Shown here piece by piece: positions 1 to 13,600 of a stretch of 64,000 bases of DNA; position 1 is the first letter of the stretch; each line of letters begins with the position of its first letter. A model generated the notes under the pieces. That model had not been told where the DNA came from. It saw only the letters and a program-made list of their open reading frames with translations, and ran no database searches. Source of the DNA: Octopus vulgaris (taxonomy: Eukaryota); assembly GCA_951406725.2 (NCBI GenBank), contig OX597822.1, positions 28,148,001 through 28,212,000 on the forward strand, read 5' to 3'. Made by a program: the position numbers and the translations under genes.

Positions 1-268
1 AAGTCATCTCCGGTACTACGGAATGTAATTAGAATGACAGGAAATAATCACAAACGGTTTCTTCAAGGTGAGCCAACCGTAGGAGACCTAGGTATAGACA
101 AATAACTAAATATATGGGTGGGTACATGGTCAAACAGTACATGTATGCGAGTGTATGCATTTTGGTAAGATGGTGTACGAGGATGCATGATAGTGAACGT
201 GCTAGTGTAGGGGAGGGCGTTAAGAGTGTAAGAAGGTAGAGGAAAAAGAATAAATTATTTTTGCTTAC

Positions 269-435
269 TTTCTTTGAAGGAAAGTCTGGATTTAAAAGTG
301 CTTTTTCTCTGACTATTAGTTCCATTTCATGTAACTTAAGTTTCTGGACGGTTTCATGGCAAAAACAAACGCAATTTTTTATGGCCACTTTCTTCATCCG
401 ACATTTTTTGCATCCAATTTTGCTGTGATGGTGCA
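269..435 (-). CDS. GEN1: GEN1 coding exon 7 (Cys/His-rich segment)
   Basis: ctctctttag|[57 protein letters not shown] |gtaagc; part of ORF 29..511. Confidence 0.87.
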
Positions 436-3400
436 CTAAAAGAGAGAGTAATGTATTGTTTTGGAATATAATACCGTTTTCTTTGTTAGAAGTAGAGCAT
501 ATTTTATCCATAAAATAAGTCCCTGTCCAGTCTGTATTATTGAAAAACGTATGACAAACTACTTAAATCTGAACCACTTTCAAATAGTGAATAGGAAATT
601 TTCCGATGGACTATTTGGATCATATTCAATCCTTTAACTTTGTCAACAATCACATTAAACTGCAATAACTATCTCTAAGTATTTATACCTCATTCCTGAA
701 AATATAATTTCCCAGCGAAAACGGTTCATTGAATATTTCTGTTGGATGGAATATACATGTTTAAGCTGGCAAAAGGTCCAATTTTCTTACTGGGTGGGCA
801 TGTGGAAATGCCAGATTTTAAAATATTGCAATTCGACCACAAGAAAACGGAGCATTTCATTAAAAAACTTCAAATTATGAAACAAAAACTATTTTTAGCA
901 ATTCATGATTTTCAAATCTTTTTCTAAAAATGTAATCAAATCCACTCCCAGAGCTTAAAAACCCAAATTTCAGTGTCCTGGGGAAAGTCATTCTCTTTTA
1001 ATGCCTCTTACGGAACATACGTAGTTCTCAGCTGCTCTCGTTTAATTGTAGGTTTTCCCTTTTGGGATTACCGTTGTTTTTTTAACTATTATACAACTTT
1101 TGCTGTTTACTGTGTCTTTTGGACATACGGAAAACTTTAGCAGGTTCGTTTTTGTGCGAATCCCACCCCCTGCGTAGGGGCTAATTGTGTCCCTTTAAGA
1201 AACATTATTTTCACAATCAGTACAACGTGGAAGTTGACGCCTCCCAATGTGTTATTTCAGACTTCTTGGGATTGTGCGAACAAATGTTACCCTCCATCCC
1301 ATTTCGCTAAATGAAGGAAGAGAAAAACATACCAGAGAATGATAAAACCGACCTCCGTATTGAAACAGAAAGGAAAAATGAACTGCAGGTCCGTGGCCGA
1401 CGTCATCAGCGAAACAGTGCAAGTCGGCTGGGGCGAGCAGGAAAAATATAAAAGCTTATTGCAGAGGGAAGGAACGAACACGAAGCTGACTGCCTCAGCA
1501 GTGATGTACAACACAAAACAATAGTTTACAGAACGCTGTCCTTGGCAACAAAAATGATAGAGATAGCAGCAAAGGATACCATCGAAAAGTGCCTACTACC
1601 TACTACCAATTTGGAGCGTGTGGCTGGCGGCAGCTGTACTGCTGAACCTGGAAGATAGAGCCACTATCCTTCCAGCCACCAGGCTACACCAGCAGAACTG
1701 AAATAGCAGAAATACCGAAAATACAACCTAAACTGTCTCTCACACACTATTATCTCTTTGTAGCATATGCCATGCTCTCGCAAATTAATTAAGGCGCTTA
1801 TGTAGTCACGATCAGAGAAACAACCTGTTGATTCTCCCACAATTCTGTAACATTCAAGATGTGAAAATTTAGGAGAGCAGGCAGGCAGTATAAGCGTTAG
1901 TTGGCAGTAATTTTCAGAGCAGTGGAGAACAATGTAATATGAGGAACTTGTTGAAGGAACTACAAGCTGATAAGTCCAGAAATTTTGTCCACGACCCAGT
2001 AATCATGATTTCGACACTGACCACGAGCTCATTTATAAAAAGATAATTTCTAATGTCGTTTGCAAAGAATCATGTAACACGCTAGAAATCACTTAACATA
2101 GATGACCCAGATGAGCCAAAATCCTGCCATGATTTCTAATGGATAATGGAAAGCCAGCCAAACAGTGAAATCTGCTTCTTTACTTCCGGTAAGAAAAAAA
2201 GGATTTCAAACTCGGACAATATGGCTCAAGGTAGGCAATTTCAGAACGTTTATCAGAAGCAACTCGAGAATTTGAAGAATATTATACCAGAATGTACGCC
2301 TTTACTTTACACCGACCATCTTAGTATATCAGCTTAAAAATTTTAAAAAAACATGTTACATTGAAGTCCAATTTAGTTTGAAATAGTGTCTGGCGATGAC
2401 TGAAGTCCTGTGTTTGTAACATGCAAGTCTCTGTCAGTGACTCCTTTGAAACATTACAGCTAATGGCTTTCCACGTTCATATACATAGGTTGTTTTTACG
2501 AATATTTTAACGCTGTTTCAAGTCTATATCAATCAATGGAATGTCTAGTGTAGCAATAGCAAAACATAATGTACATTAGAATAAAATAAAATGTTACGGT
2601 GCGATTACCTTTGTGCATGCATTGTTGGCAATGTCTAGATTTAATAAATTCCTCTTTTGTTTTAGCCAGTGTCTGTAGCTCAGCATTGCTTCTCCAACAT
2701 AAAATTCTGAATTCAGAATAGAAATACGATAACTTGTTTGTACTCGTAACCTCATGTTTAGAGATGAAACATTTTTAAGCATTTATAACAAGCATTCATT
2801 ACTGGGATCGCCTCAGAAACAAAACTATTCTTTCCGACACACCCGTGAGCGCTACACCATCTGTAATGTATAGAAACATTTCAATGAACACTCTCGAAAT
2901 GATGTCGATATTAAGTTCAGTTATCCACAGCTTGCAGGAGCTATATGGGCCCCTAAACTCATACGCCCCTATGACAATAAAGTTCATATCACATGAGATT
3001 GTAACAACTCACAAGTCATACCATATTCAACTTTAAGTTATGAGTATCGTCTGAAAAGTTCATAGGCTTGCTAAGATACTCTCATGGAATGTACCAAAAT
3101 AAGGTTTATTTTTCAGCAGTCCCCCTTGAGGTCCACACAATTTTTCCATCGGTGTTGCAGTGCTTGGATACCATTGGTGAAGAAGCTTTCATTTTGCTGG
3201 TCAAAATGTCAACATCAGTAGTAGATATGATGTCGTTCTCAATACGATACTCGTTCCCAACCAAGTGTTTTTTTTTTATATTGGGAGACCGATGATAGTG
3301 AGATGATGTCAAATCAGGAGAACAGAAAGGGTGATCAACCAGTTCAAAGCCACAGTCATGCACAGAAGCTATTGAAACGAAGGCCTTGAGTGCTAGAGTA

Positions 3401-6400
3401 TTGTCCTGATGAAACAGGACTCCTTTCATGACTGCCTCAGGAAGCTGGCATGATATTCTCATTTGATAATGCGATCCTTTTGAAGACAGTCAAGCACAAT
3501 ACCGTTTGTATCCAGGAAAAAAACTGAAGCTATCAAGTTCCCTACAAATAGAGGACCTGAGTTTTCTTTGGAGCAGGTGAGGAGGGGCATTTCTACTGCA
3601 CGAATTGTCTCTTTAGCTCAAATTGATAAGCCCAAAACTCATCCTGGATTAGGAAACGCTCAAGGAAACCAACTGAATCTGCCTCAAACAATGTTAGATT
3701 TTCCGTGATGTGCTAAGAAAACGTGTCACACACTGAAGTCATGCCAATTTCATTGAGCGGAATATTCTCAACTCTCACGGGATATGCTAATAGCATGGGT
3801 TCTTTGATCTATAGATAACCGCCTGTCATCCATCACCATGTAGTGGGTACGATTAGTATTTTCCTCACTGGAGGCAGTTTCAGGACGTCCAGGCCTCGGA
3901 TGATCTTCAATACGCCTCCTGAATCCAGCTGGCCACATTTACACTGTTGACAAAGCTGATAATCGTCCCCTAATTCTGTAACTATATATGCATGAATGTT
4001 CTTGAGAGCTAAAACCTTTTTCTATTTGTAAGAAGAGCACGATGTCAAATTTTGTCAATTTTCAAAAGAAATCGTTACTATTTACTTTGAAGTTTTCTAT
4101 CAACAGTCAGATGTCCGTTTACCTGGAGGAAAACAATACAGATATTAATAAGAATTGAAATTAATGCACGCAAGATTTCATGACTCAAGAATCATTCCTT
4201 TATAGTCAGTCTATGATATTTTCAGCTCATCCTCGTAAATTACACCGACTCACGAAATAGTCTTCAGCAAACAATTCGGCTTGGAAAGTAAATCTTGGGG
4301 ATTCTTTTAAGTCAGATATGACCTGGGCCAATAATGGTCAAAACCTGTTTTAGTTAAGTAGCATTGTTTCTAAAGGGTTGGACACCGATGGTTATTGGTT
4401 GTGTTGAAACTAAAAATGTCTAGAGCACTTGACTAGCTTATGAATGCTAACTTTTGTTTTAATATTGAAAATTAGCAAGGTAAATACGAATGTTATTACA
4501 CTTAAGTTAGAAATAGGTTTCTGGTTACATAAAATTGTGACAACTCACAAGTCATACCATATTCAACTTTAAGATACGAGTGAAAAGTCACATAGGCTGG
4601 CTGAGATACTCTCATGGAATGTGCTCAAATAGGGTATATTTTTCAACAGTTCCCCCTTGAGGTCCACATAATTTTTCCATCGGTGTTGCAGAGAAGACAC
4701 CTAGTGATAACGATCAAAATCAACAAAAACCATTAAAATATCAAAACTGTGTCGTCTCTAAGATGAGGCTCACAGTCTGAATAACTAAGCTGCCTCTGCA
4801 GTATTTCCGGTTCTTGTTTCCATCATTAAAACTTGAAATTTAAATTATATTTCATGTCATGCATTAACAGTACACAAGCGGGACATACTAGATTTTCTAA
4901 GACTGAGTTTTAGACTAATTTGGCATCGTGTATGAATATTATCGTGACAAAATTGAAAATTACATATATAATTGTATTATGCTAAACAGAATTAATGTAC
5001 ATTGTTATTTCTTTCATTTAGTAATTGAACTTAAATTTGTCGTAGATGTTGATGAGGTGTGGTTGAGTGTTGAGTTTCAGTCTTAGAAAATCTAGTATGT
5101 TTACTTTATGGGACACAAATTACAAATTTCCCTTGAAATATTTCTTAAATCTGTCGAGTGTATTTTATCCATTTAGACTATTCAAAACACTACTTCCACC
5201 CTAATTTTAGGAGTGAAATTATACTTAGATTAGTGGATATTATTAAGTGTTATTTTCTCAGTAGTTAAGAATATTACATCCTAACACTGCAGTGTTTATA
5301 TTTATAACCAAATGGGTATTACACACCCATTAAATAAATAAAAGCAGTAAAGTTAAGTTTATCCTAATTTGAAAGTAAAATGTCAAGGAAATATGTTCGT
5401 TTTGTGAATATACAATTACCTTAAACTAAACACGCGCACACAGTCATAAGTTATAGCTTTTAGTAAATATAAACAATTCCGGAATGCTATGTGATGAATT
5501 TCAAAATTTAATTGAAACTGGAATTCAACAACAATACCTACCAAATTTATTTCGCATTAATTTTCATTTGTTCAAATGAAAATCAGTAGAAGTGCATTAT
5601 TTTTTTTTACTTTATCAATGAAGTTAGCAAATCTATGTAAAGTTTAATTTCAGCTTAACAATGGAACGCTTCATATTCACTCAGGGTTGGCTGCACTCTT
5701 TGCAATCACGACAAATTTATCGATGAATTGACACGCACCGGTTATGAACGCCTTTCAGGGGAATTTTGAGCCATTATTCAAATAAAACCTAGAGACGATG
5801 GTGAAGAAAAGCGACTCCTCACTTGCTGTTCCAAAATTCCCTGTAAATGTTCGACTATATTGATATCCGGCGATTTTGGGACCACACCAAATAGTCACCG
5901 TTAATTTTGTGTCCTTCGTATCTATTTCCTATAACATTGGTTGTGTGAATTTATGCAGTTTCTTCCTGGTAGATTTGTTAACACCGGGAACAACATTTCT
6001 ACTATTGGATAAACGTGGTGAACCAAAATACTCTGGTATTCCTTGACATTAACTCAGCCAAGATGTACAACTAAAAAGCTAAAAGAAGTTTGTGATATGG
6101 TTACTTAAATCATCACAGATCTCGCTCCATACACCACAGTAAGTCATCGGGCAGCTCTCCTCTCTGAAGCTGTAAAATGGCGACTGTAGATTCATCAGAA
6201 AAGATAACATGGTTGCATTAGGCAATCAATCATTTCTGATTGTTTATTTTATGTGACTTAGATTTGTGGATATTATGAAGTGTTATTTTCCCAGTAGTTA
6301 ATAGTATTACATCCTAATAGTGCAGTGTTTATGTTTTTAACCAAATGGGTATTACACACCCATTAAAAATAAATAAAAGCAGTAAAGCATCGTATTTTCC

Positions 6401-9400
6401 GCTTATAATTGTTGATGCGGGAGAGGAGATGTTTGAAATTTGCATCCCTCTCATGGCTTCCAGACTTATGGAACTCCTGACTAGCGAGGTGGTATTGTAG
6501 CCCTGTCACTTTCTTGGCCTTTTCAGTAAGCTTTGCTTTTCTTCCAGAATTAAGCTTGCAAACGTTGGTTTTACCTTGGGTTAAGAACGCAGACAATATT
6601 GAAACGTGTTTGAACCTCTTGTACTGGTATTGTTGAAGTGTCGAAATCGTGGCAAATATTGAAGTTGATATTTAGTTTTTCATCTATGTTTCGTTTTGGT
6701 ACTTTAGTATATCAAGGGATATTTCTATGCCGTCTATTTCAGGCCACTCTCCGATATTAAAGTTTTACCGATCCTCATCACCAAGATTTTATGATTTCCA
6801 TAGGAAGAACATAGCCAAGTATTTAGAAATGTGTGAACGTTAAGTTTTTATGGTTTATGAATTCCAGCTATTGTCACAAGATGTCGCATGAAAGCACTTG
6901 TAATTTTACTACAGTATTTACTACATACTTTTGTTTTACAACACAAAAGACTTTTCTAAAACATATATTTAACACACACTGTCGAATCTGATCACAAACC
7001 GAACCCACATTTTCAAGACCTCAGAAAACATTTTCACTTTTGTTCACTCCAACTAAAACCCCTAAAATTATTTTTAAAATTGTATTTCAGTTAATATAAG
7101 AAAGGAAATCCGGTAAATATCAGGACTATACCTTTCCAAAGCATCGACGTTTTTCAGTTTTAGTTCCTCCAGTAACATCAAAGCATATTTGGAACCGATT
7201 CCTTTCACTCCTTGGCTGTCATAGTCACATCCAATCAGCAAAGCCAAACAAATCAAAGATCGTTGCTCTAATCCGAACTCGTTAAAGACATTTTTAGCAC
7301 TGATCGATTCTAACAGACATTGCTGAAAACAAATGTATTATTACATTACATATTGCTTAATGGTGGAAACATACTATAAAATATATATTCATATTTTACA
7401 TCAATGTATTTTTTACTAGCACTTTAACATTGTTTGAATGCTATATCGTACTACGGATTATCCCAACAGATTTAGCTAACACTATGCACATATAGATAGT
7501 GTGACTGTCTACAATATTTTATAGAATAGTAGGCAATATCTTTGTATCAGCTGGAGTACAGTCAATCAGGTGTTAGGATTTCAGTGACTGAGTACTGTCG
7601 TAAAGTGTATACGGTAGGCCTGAACTCTTTACATGAACACCACCCTGTATATAACTCCATGTCCCACTACATCGCCTTGCTTTTTGATTTTTGAGCCAAA
7701 AATTAACTAACTAACTAACTAAACTATGAATAGAATCGAATAGTTCTTTAGTATATAGTGCATTCTCATACTTGGAAGCTAGTTCGGTTGATGAATTATT
7801 TCATGCGTTGACTATTTCAAGGCTATACTGAATTAAAGAATATACTGAATTAAAGAATATACCTAAATTCTAACCTACACCATGTGAATAGGCAGATGCA
7901 GGTACCTCGTGTTTATATGCATTACATTTATGAGCAAAAGCAAGTGAAGGATCTGTTAAACTAGTTTGAATCCTCACTCGAAAGAAATAAAACATGGCTA
8001 AAATTATCTGTAGATTCATCTTTTGCCATCCTAATACATTGTATATAAAGACACGGCGTTTGCAAATATCTTTATTAGCGCTTCACATCTTTTCAACTGC
8101 CTTTGGAGAATTATTTTACACATTACATTTTTAATCGCGCTTAACATCACACTCACACAAAAAAAAACTAGAAAATGCAAGATTGTATCAATGAAGATTA
8201 CAACATACTGTAATGGCTTGAAGGTGTTGTTCAACTAAAACTAATTTGAAATCTACTGCACAAATAGTGAATAGGAAATTTTCCGATGGACTATTTGGAT
8301 CATATTCAATTCTAAAGCAATAAAACTATACCATTATCTGTCAATTTGGAGGCGTTTTACAAATAATATAGCTTTCTTTCTTTAATTTAGTGACCATTAA
8401 AATGTAGATATACTGTAAGAAACTTGTTACTGAGAACAGTGCATGATCTTCTGTATTGGAAAATAAGTTCCTTTCAATCGCGTAACTAGTTTTCTCAAAT
8501 ATACAAATATTTCATCAATTTTTATATAAATTGACTAATACATTGTATACCTTGTATATAAAGATATTTGTATGCAAATATCTTTACTTGCACTTCACTT
8601 CTTTTCAAATACTTCTGGAAAAATATTTCACCCATTACATAATTGTAAAGATTTTAAGATAATAGAAGTATTTCTTTTAAAATCAGAAATCTAGAAAAGG
8701 ATTGTCGTTAGAAATTATGGTTTACATAGTGTTAGGAACAGTTTGATGCACTGGTGAAAAGTCAGTGACCTTGAAGAGCATAAAAATTAGTTGTAATTGA
8801 GAAAACGTTAGCTCATATGACGGACTAGAAGCCATCTGAACGTTGGAAAAGAGTTATCTGCATCATAATGATTCGCGCCAGGTATTAACATGCCGACATC
8901 ATGAGAGCTGCTCAATGCTCTGTGAACCTTTTAAAGGATGCAAGTCGCGATAGACTGTCTCGACGGGGACTACGAAGCCGTGGCCAGCAAGAAAGGACAC
9001 AGTAGGCGTTCTGACTACGTTTGCATGCCCGTTTTCATTAAACAACTCATGGACAAGGTTGATGGAACATCCATGGTAATGGAGTCCGGGCTTTTGTGTG
9101 AGAGATGTAAGGATCGCCGATATAAAGCAGGCTGCCACTCTAACAAGAACTGCAGGGGACACATTCTGAGAGCCGGGGCCAAAATGAACCGCTTGACGAC
9201 TGTCTCTATAACCCATGTAACGTCCTACGTACCATGAAAACCGAGTTCACCACACTCTGATGGTCTTTGGAGGTCTCTCCAGTGACGGTGAGTTCATACC
9301 GCGCAGACATCTTTGAATAGAGCTTCAATTTAGATGGCAATGCAAAGCAGCTCGATGCTGTGGTCAAACCCTGGTTGGTTGGGGTGGGTTACGGCTGGAA

Positions 9401-10649
9401 GGTCATATGCACAGCAGCAGGATTCGTCTCCTTGCTATATCTGCGAAAAAGTCAGAAGTGATTGTCGAAAAATTTCTACTTCACCAGCTCCGATTTCTGG
9501 CCTCCTAATTCCCCCGATCGTGGAGTGCAGTTGGGAATGATACTAGTCACTCTGCCAGCAACACCAAGGCAATACTGATGGCCACGAGCGAAGAGGTGCT
9601 TGAAGAACTTCCCAGGAAGTGTGAGAATTTTATGGGCCAGGTCCCAGAGCCGTCGTGGAAGCTGAGAGTAGCTACTCTTGAGTAAATTTACTATGGAAAC
9701 TTTAAGAATTAGCTCGAACACCACATATATATATATATATATATATATAAACTCTGCCTCAAATTCATCATTTTCCACCCCACCTCTCTAACTTAAACTT
9801 ACATGAGAACTAGCAATAATTTCATTATATTCATTAGAATTATCAAAATAATTTTTAAAACTAAATATAGTAGCACCAGTATCGTAACTAAAAGTAATCA
9901 CCTCATGATTTTAGCATTACAGACCTAACTCTGAGTTGAAGTAGCTAATTTCCATGAAGTTCAATTTTTCATCCCCCCTTGTCTTAAGCGAGGTAACATT
10001 TTTCAAATAAAGATTACGTTTGTTCAAGAGTTTCCTACTTCTTAAATTTAAAGATTCTCAAATGAACGCAAACATTCGAAATATTTTCAAAAGTTAAGGA
10101 ATAAACGAGACAATATCAGTTATTACATTTGTATCTGAAACAAAATTAGCCAAAATTAAGTAATATCACATGGCTCAAATTGGATAAGAGCACTAAGATA
10201 GTACTCAAGCTTTTCATTAGGTAATAAATTTAGTCTATAAAGTGCTTTGTATGAAAAAAAATACAGCTTCGCTATACTTCTCATCGACAGTACAAGATCC
10301 ACTCTGACAAGTGTTTCAAAACATTAATCAAGGATTAGAAAATATATTTTTAATCGATTCTTGGATCAGATTTCGATTTCTCACTTCAATCTAATTTTCT
10401 CCAAAATTAAGAGGACGAAATAGCTCAGGAGAAAATCTGGTCTGTTTATACAGTGTTGGCTAAAATCGATACAAATATTCTGTAGTACATCTAAACAATA
10501 TCTAAAACCAATTTTCAAAGGATAACAATTGTGTTAAACATTTTGCATTAAATACGTTCGCAGAATATATAAAATAGAAAACATTTCAAAAACTATTTTA
10601 GCTTTTATGCACCAATAAATTTGTCACGTGTTAACAAGCAAAACACACA

Positions 10650-10693
<44 letters not shown>

Positions 10694-13600
10694 TAAAATA
10701 ATACAGTTCATTGTTGGTTAATGATTCAAATTTTGTGATAGCATTCGGGTTTCCAGACAGTTCACACAAAGGTGGCTGGTAAAACTGTAGTGCTGCATCA
10801 TAATTATCCACAGCTATTTCGGCGATCAATCACGACAATGTGTATATAATGGACAATCGAAATTATATTTTCCGGAAACAAATGAAGAGCCAATGAAATA
10901 TTTTCTCCATGAACGGAGAAAGATCATACTATAAAAAAAACAATATATCAAACCTGAAAATTTGTGTAAGTCCAAGAGAAAATATACATTAAAGTTTATG
11001 CAGTTTATATAATAACGTATGTGGCATTTGGTAAAATATTTACCTTGTTTATCTTAGAATAGTTACGGTAGACTTTTTGGGCACCATAGAGGAGAATGTC
11101 ACTATCTGATGAAAAACAGGCATCAACAACCTTAAAATGAAATTAAAAGAAGTTAGGGGTAATGTGGTCGCAGATATACACACACGGGGTGCGGTGAATA
11201 AATCGTCTAAATTACACAAAATGAAAATAACACCCACCTCTCATTTTTACAGATATATGTAGCAAAATTACATAAAAATATCTTGAAATACTAAAGAGTA
11301 AATTTATTCAATAAAATCGCCGACCTCCAGACGACTTCTGCAACATTTTTGGACTATTTCCTTGTTTAAGTTGGTGAATGCTGCCATAATCCTTGCCTTC
11401 AGTTCATTTTTGGTGTTACAAGGAATTTTGTTGATCTCTTACTCAACTGCGCCCCACACATCATAATGAAGGGGCTTGCAGTCTGGGGAGTTAAGTGGCA
11501 ATATATTACGGGTGATGTTGTCACAGGAATTATCTGACAGCCATGACTAGGTCCTCTTGCTTGTGTAGCATAGTGAAGAGTCCTGTTGCCAGACGTAGGG
11601 TCTTCCAGCAGTCACCCTCTTGGCACAAGCCAGTAATACCACCCCCCCAGGCACTTGATGTAGGCCTCCGTGTTGGGTGTGAGACAGTGTGGGAAGATGA
11701 ATGGCGATATACCGTCGCCATAACTAGTAATCACTCCAAACACCATAATGTTGACTGAGTGTTTGGTTTTTATCACTCTCAGTACATGTGTATGGGGACA
11801 CGGCAAGCCAACTGCTGTCCTGTGTGTTCATCTGATCCTTGTAGAAATTTTTCTCGTCTGCGAAAAATCAAAGTATGTTCGGTTGGAGGGGATGCTCGAG
11901 TTTGTTCAAAAGGTTTGTAGCGCGGTCTTTCATTTTGTTTTTGATAGCTTGGGATAAACATTGGCCTTTTCTCATATTGTATGAGGAATACCAAATATCT
12001 AAGTGCACTACCTGCTTGATAAGAAACTCAGACACTCCCATATTCCTGGTGATGGACCTAATTGACTTGGAAGGATCGTTGTCAATTATGGCCTGGACCT
12101 CACCTACAAATTCAGTTCTTCCTTATCAGAACGAGTTTTCCAAGTTGCCATATCCTTGTAATCACCATTAGACTCATCCAACCCTTTCCAAATACTCTAC
12201 ATGTCCTCTCAAACACGCTGAAATACTCCAATTGGAGCTTCCGGTGTGAATGCCAAAGTGTACAGCATGCGTTCCAAATTTCTGGCAGAGTGAATTGCGT
12301 CAAGTTGCTGTTTTTCTCACAAACGGTGCCCAACCGACCCTACTATACTATGTAGTCGACAAAATCGAATGCTATGCACAAAACTTGAAATATAAACTAG
12401 TGAAGATTTACCATCGCACATTGTGTATGTATTTGTGTATAATGGGCTTTCAGTTTTCGTCTACGAAATCCACTCAAGGTTTTGGCAGGCCCATGGGTAT
12501 AGTAGAAGACAACCCCAAGGTGCCACGCAGCGGGACTGAACCCGGAACCACGTGGTTGGGAAGCAAACTTCTTGCCTTCTGCGGATATCTATTATATAAA
12601 ATCCGTTCTGTCTGTCTGAGTGTGTCTTCTAGGATCTCGGGCATCCTCCATCCGATTGCGCTCAAATTTGATATGTAAATACCGACGGTATCAGAGCATG
12701 TATACGTGTATAAGTCTTGAAAGAATTACAAAACTCGATTCCAGGTGAGAATGCGATCGATAAAGTCGTGGGAACGTGCATTTGTACGCTCAAATATATC
12801 AGCTGTTGCGATCGATATTACGCGTACGCGAGAAAAATGCACGTGCAGTTTGCGCAAAAAAAGTCAAGGAGCAGGGAATGTTGTTTTTATTTACCGCATG
12901 TCATTGATTCAGTCGGACTGTGTTTACCCGATGAAACGCGTTCAATTCCCTATTCGCCTGAGCTTCGCGATGACCATCAACAAAGCACAGGGGCAGACAT
13001 TGAAAGTCGTGGGGTTGGACGTCAGCACTCCCTGCTTTTCGCACGGACAACTGTATGTGGGCTGTTCGAAGGTGGGCTGTTCGACAAACATTTTCTACTA
13101 TAATAATTATTATTCTACAACAATAATAATAATAATAATAATAGTAATAATAATAATAATATCGAAGAATGTGAACCCCGGCTCGAAATTTCCCCAAAAC
13201 ACCTGAAGAAGTCTGGAGGGTGTATCAGCCGAAACGTGTTAACAACAAACAAGATGAGGACAAATATCCGTCGAATGTAAATAATGTAAAATATTTACAA
13301 CTAGTTTGGAGTTTATCTGATTCTATAACTAATTCTTAATTTGACACAAACGTAGATTCACGATTAAAAATACTGAAATTTGTATCATATTCGCTTCAGC
13401 GGTTGACTGGTGAATTCATTTCTCGGAGTTTCGTGCGATAGAATAGTTGACCTATTTTTGTAATATATTTTTCTAATATATACCCCGAAAATGCACGCAA
13501 TATGATATTCCTAATTATACATTCCACAATGAAAGCTTTTTGTTAGATTGAGAGGTATTAAACAATATGATTTTCGATTATAATTTACCTCTTCTGCGTT

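Noticed and set aside
2146-2337. Plus-strand ORF with a VYQKQLE string reminiscent of GEN1
   Set aside because: It is on the wrong strand and in the wrong order relative to the spliced gene; coincidental.
3405-3420. CTGATGA strings here and at 11106, 29119(-), 33411 and 39076(-)
   Set aside because: No stem II/GAAA/stem I context; several lie within coding or transposase sequence.
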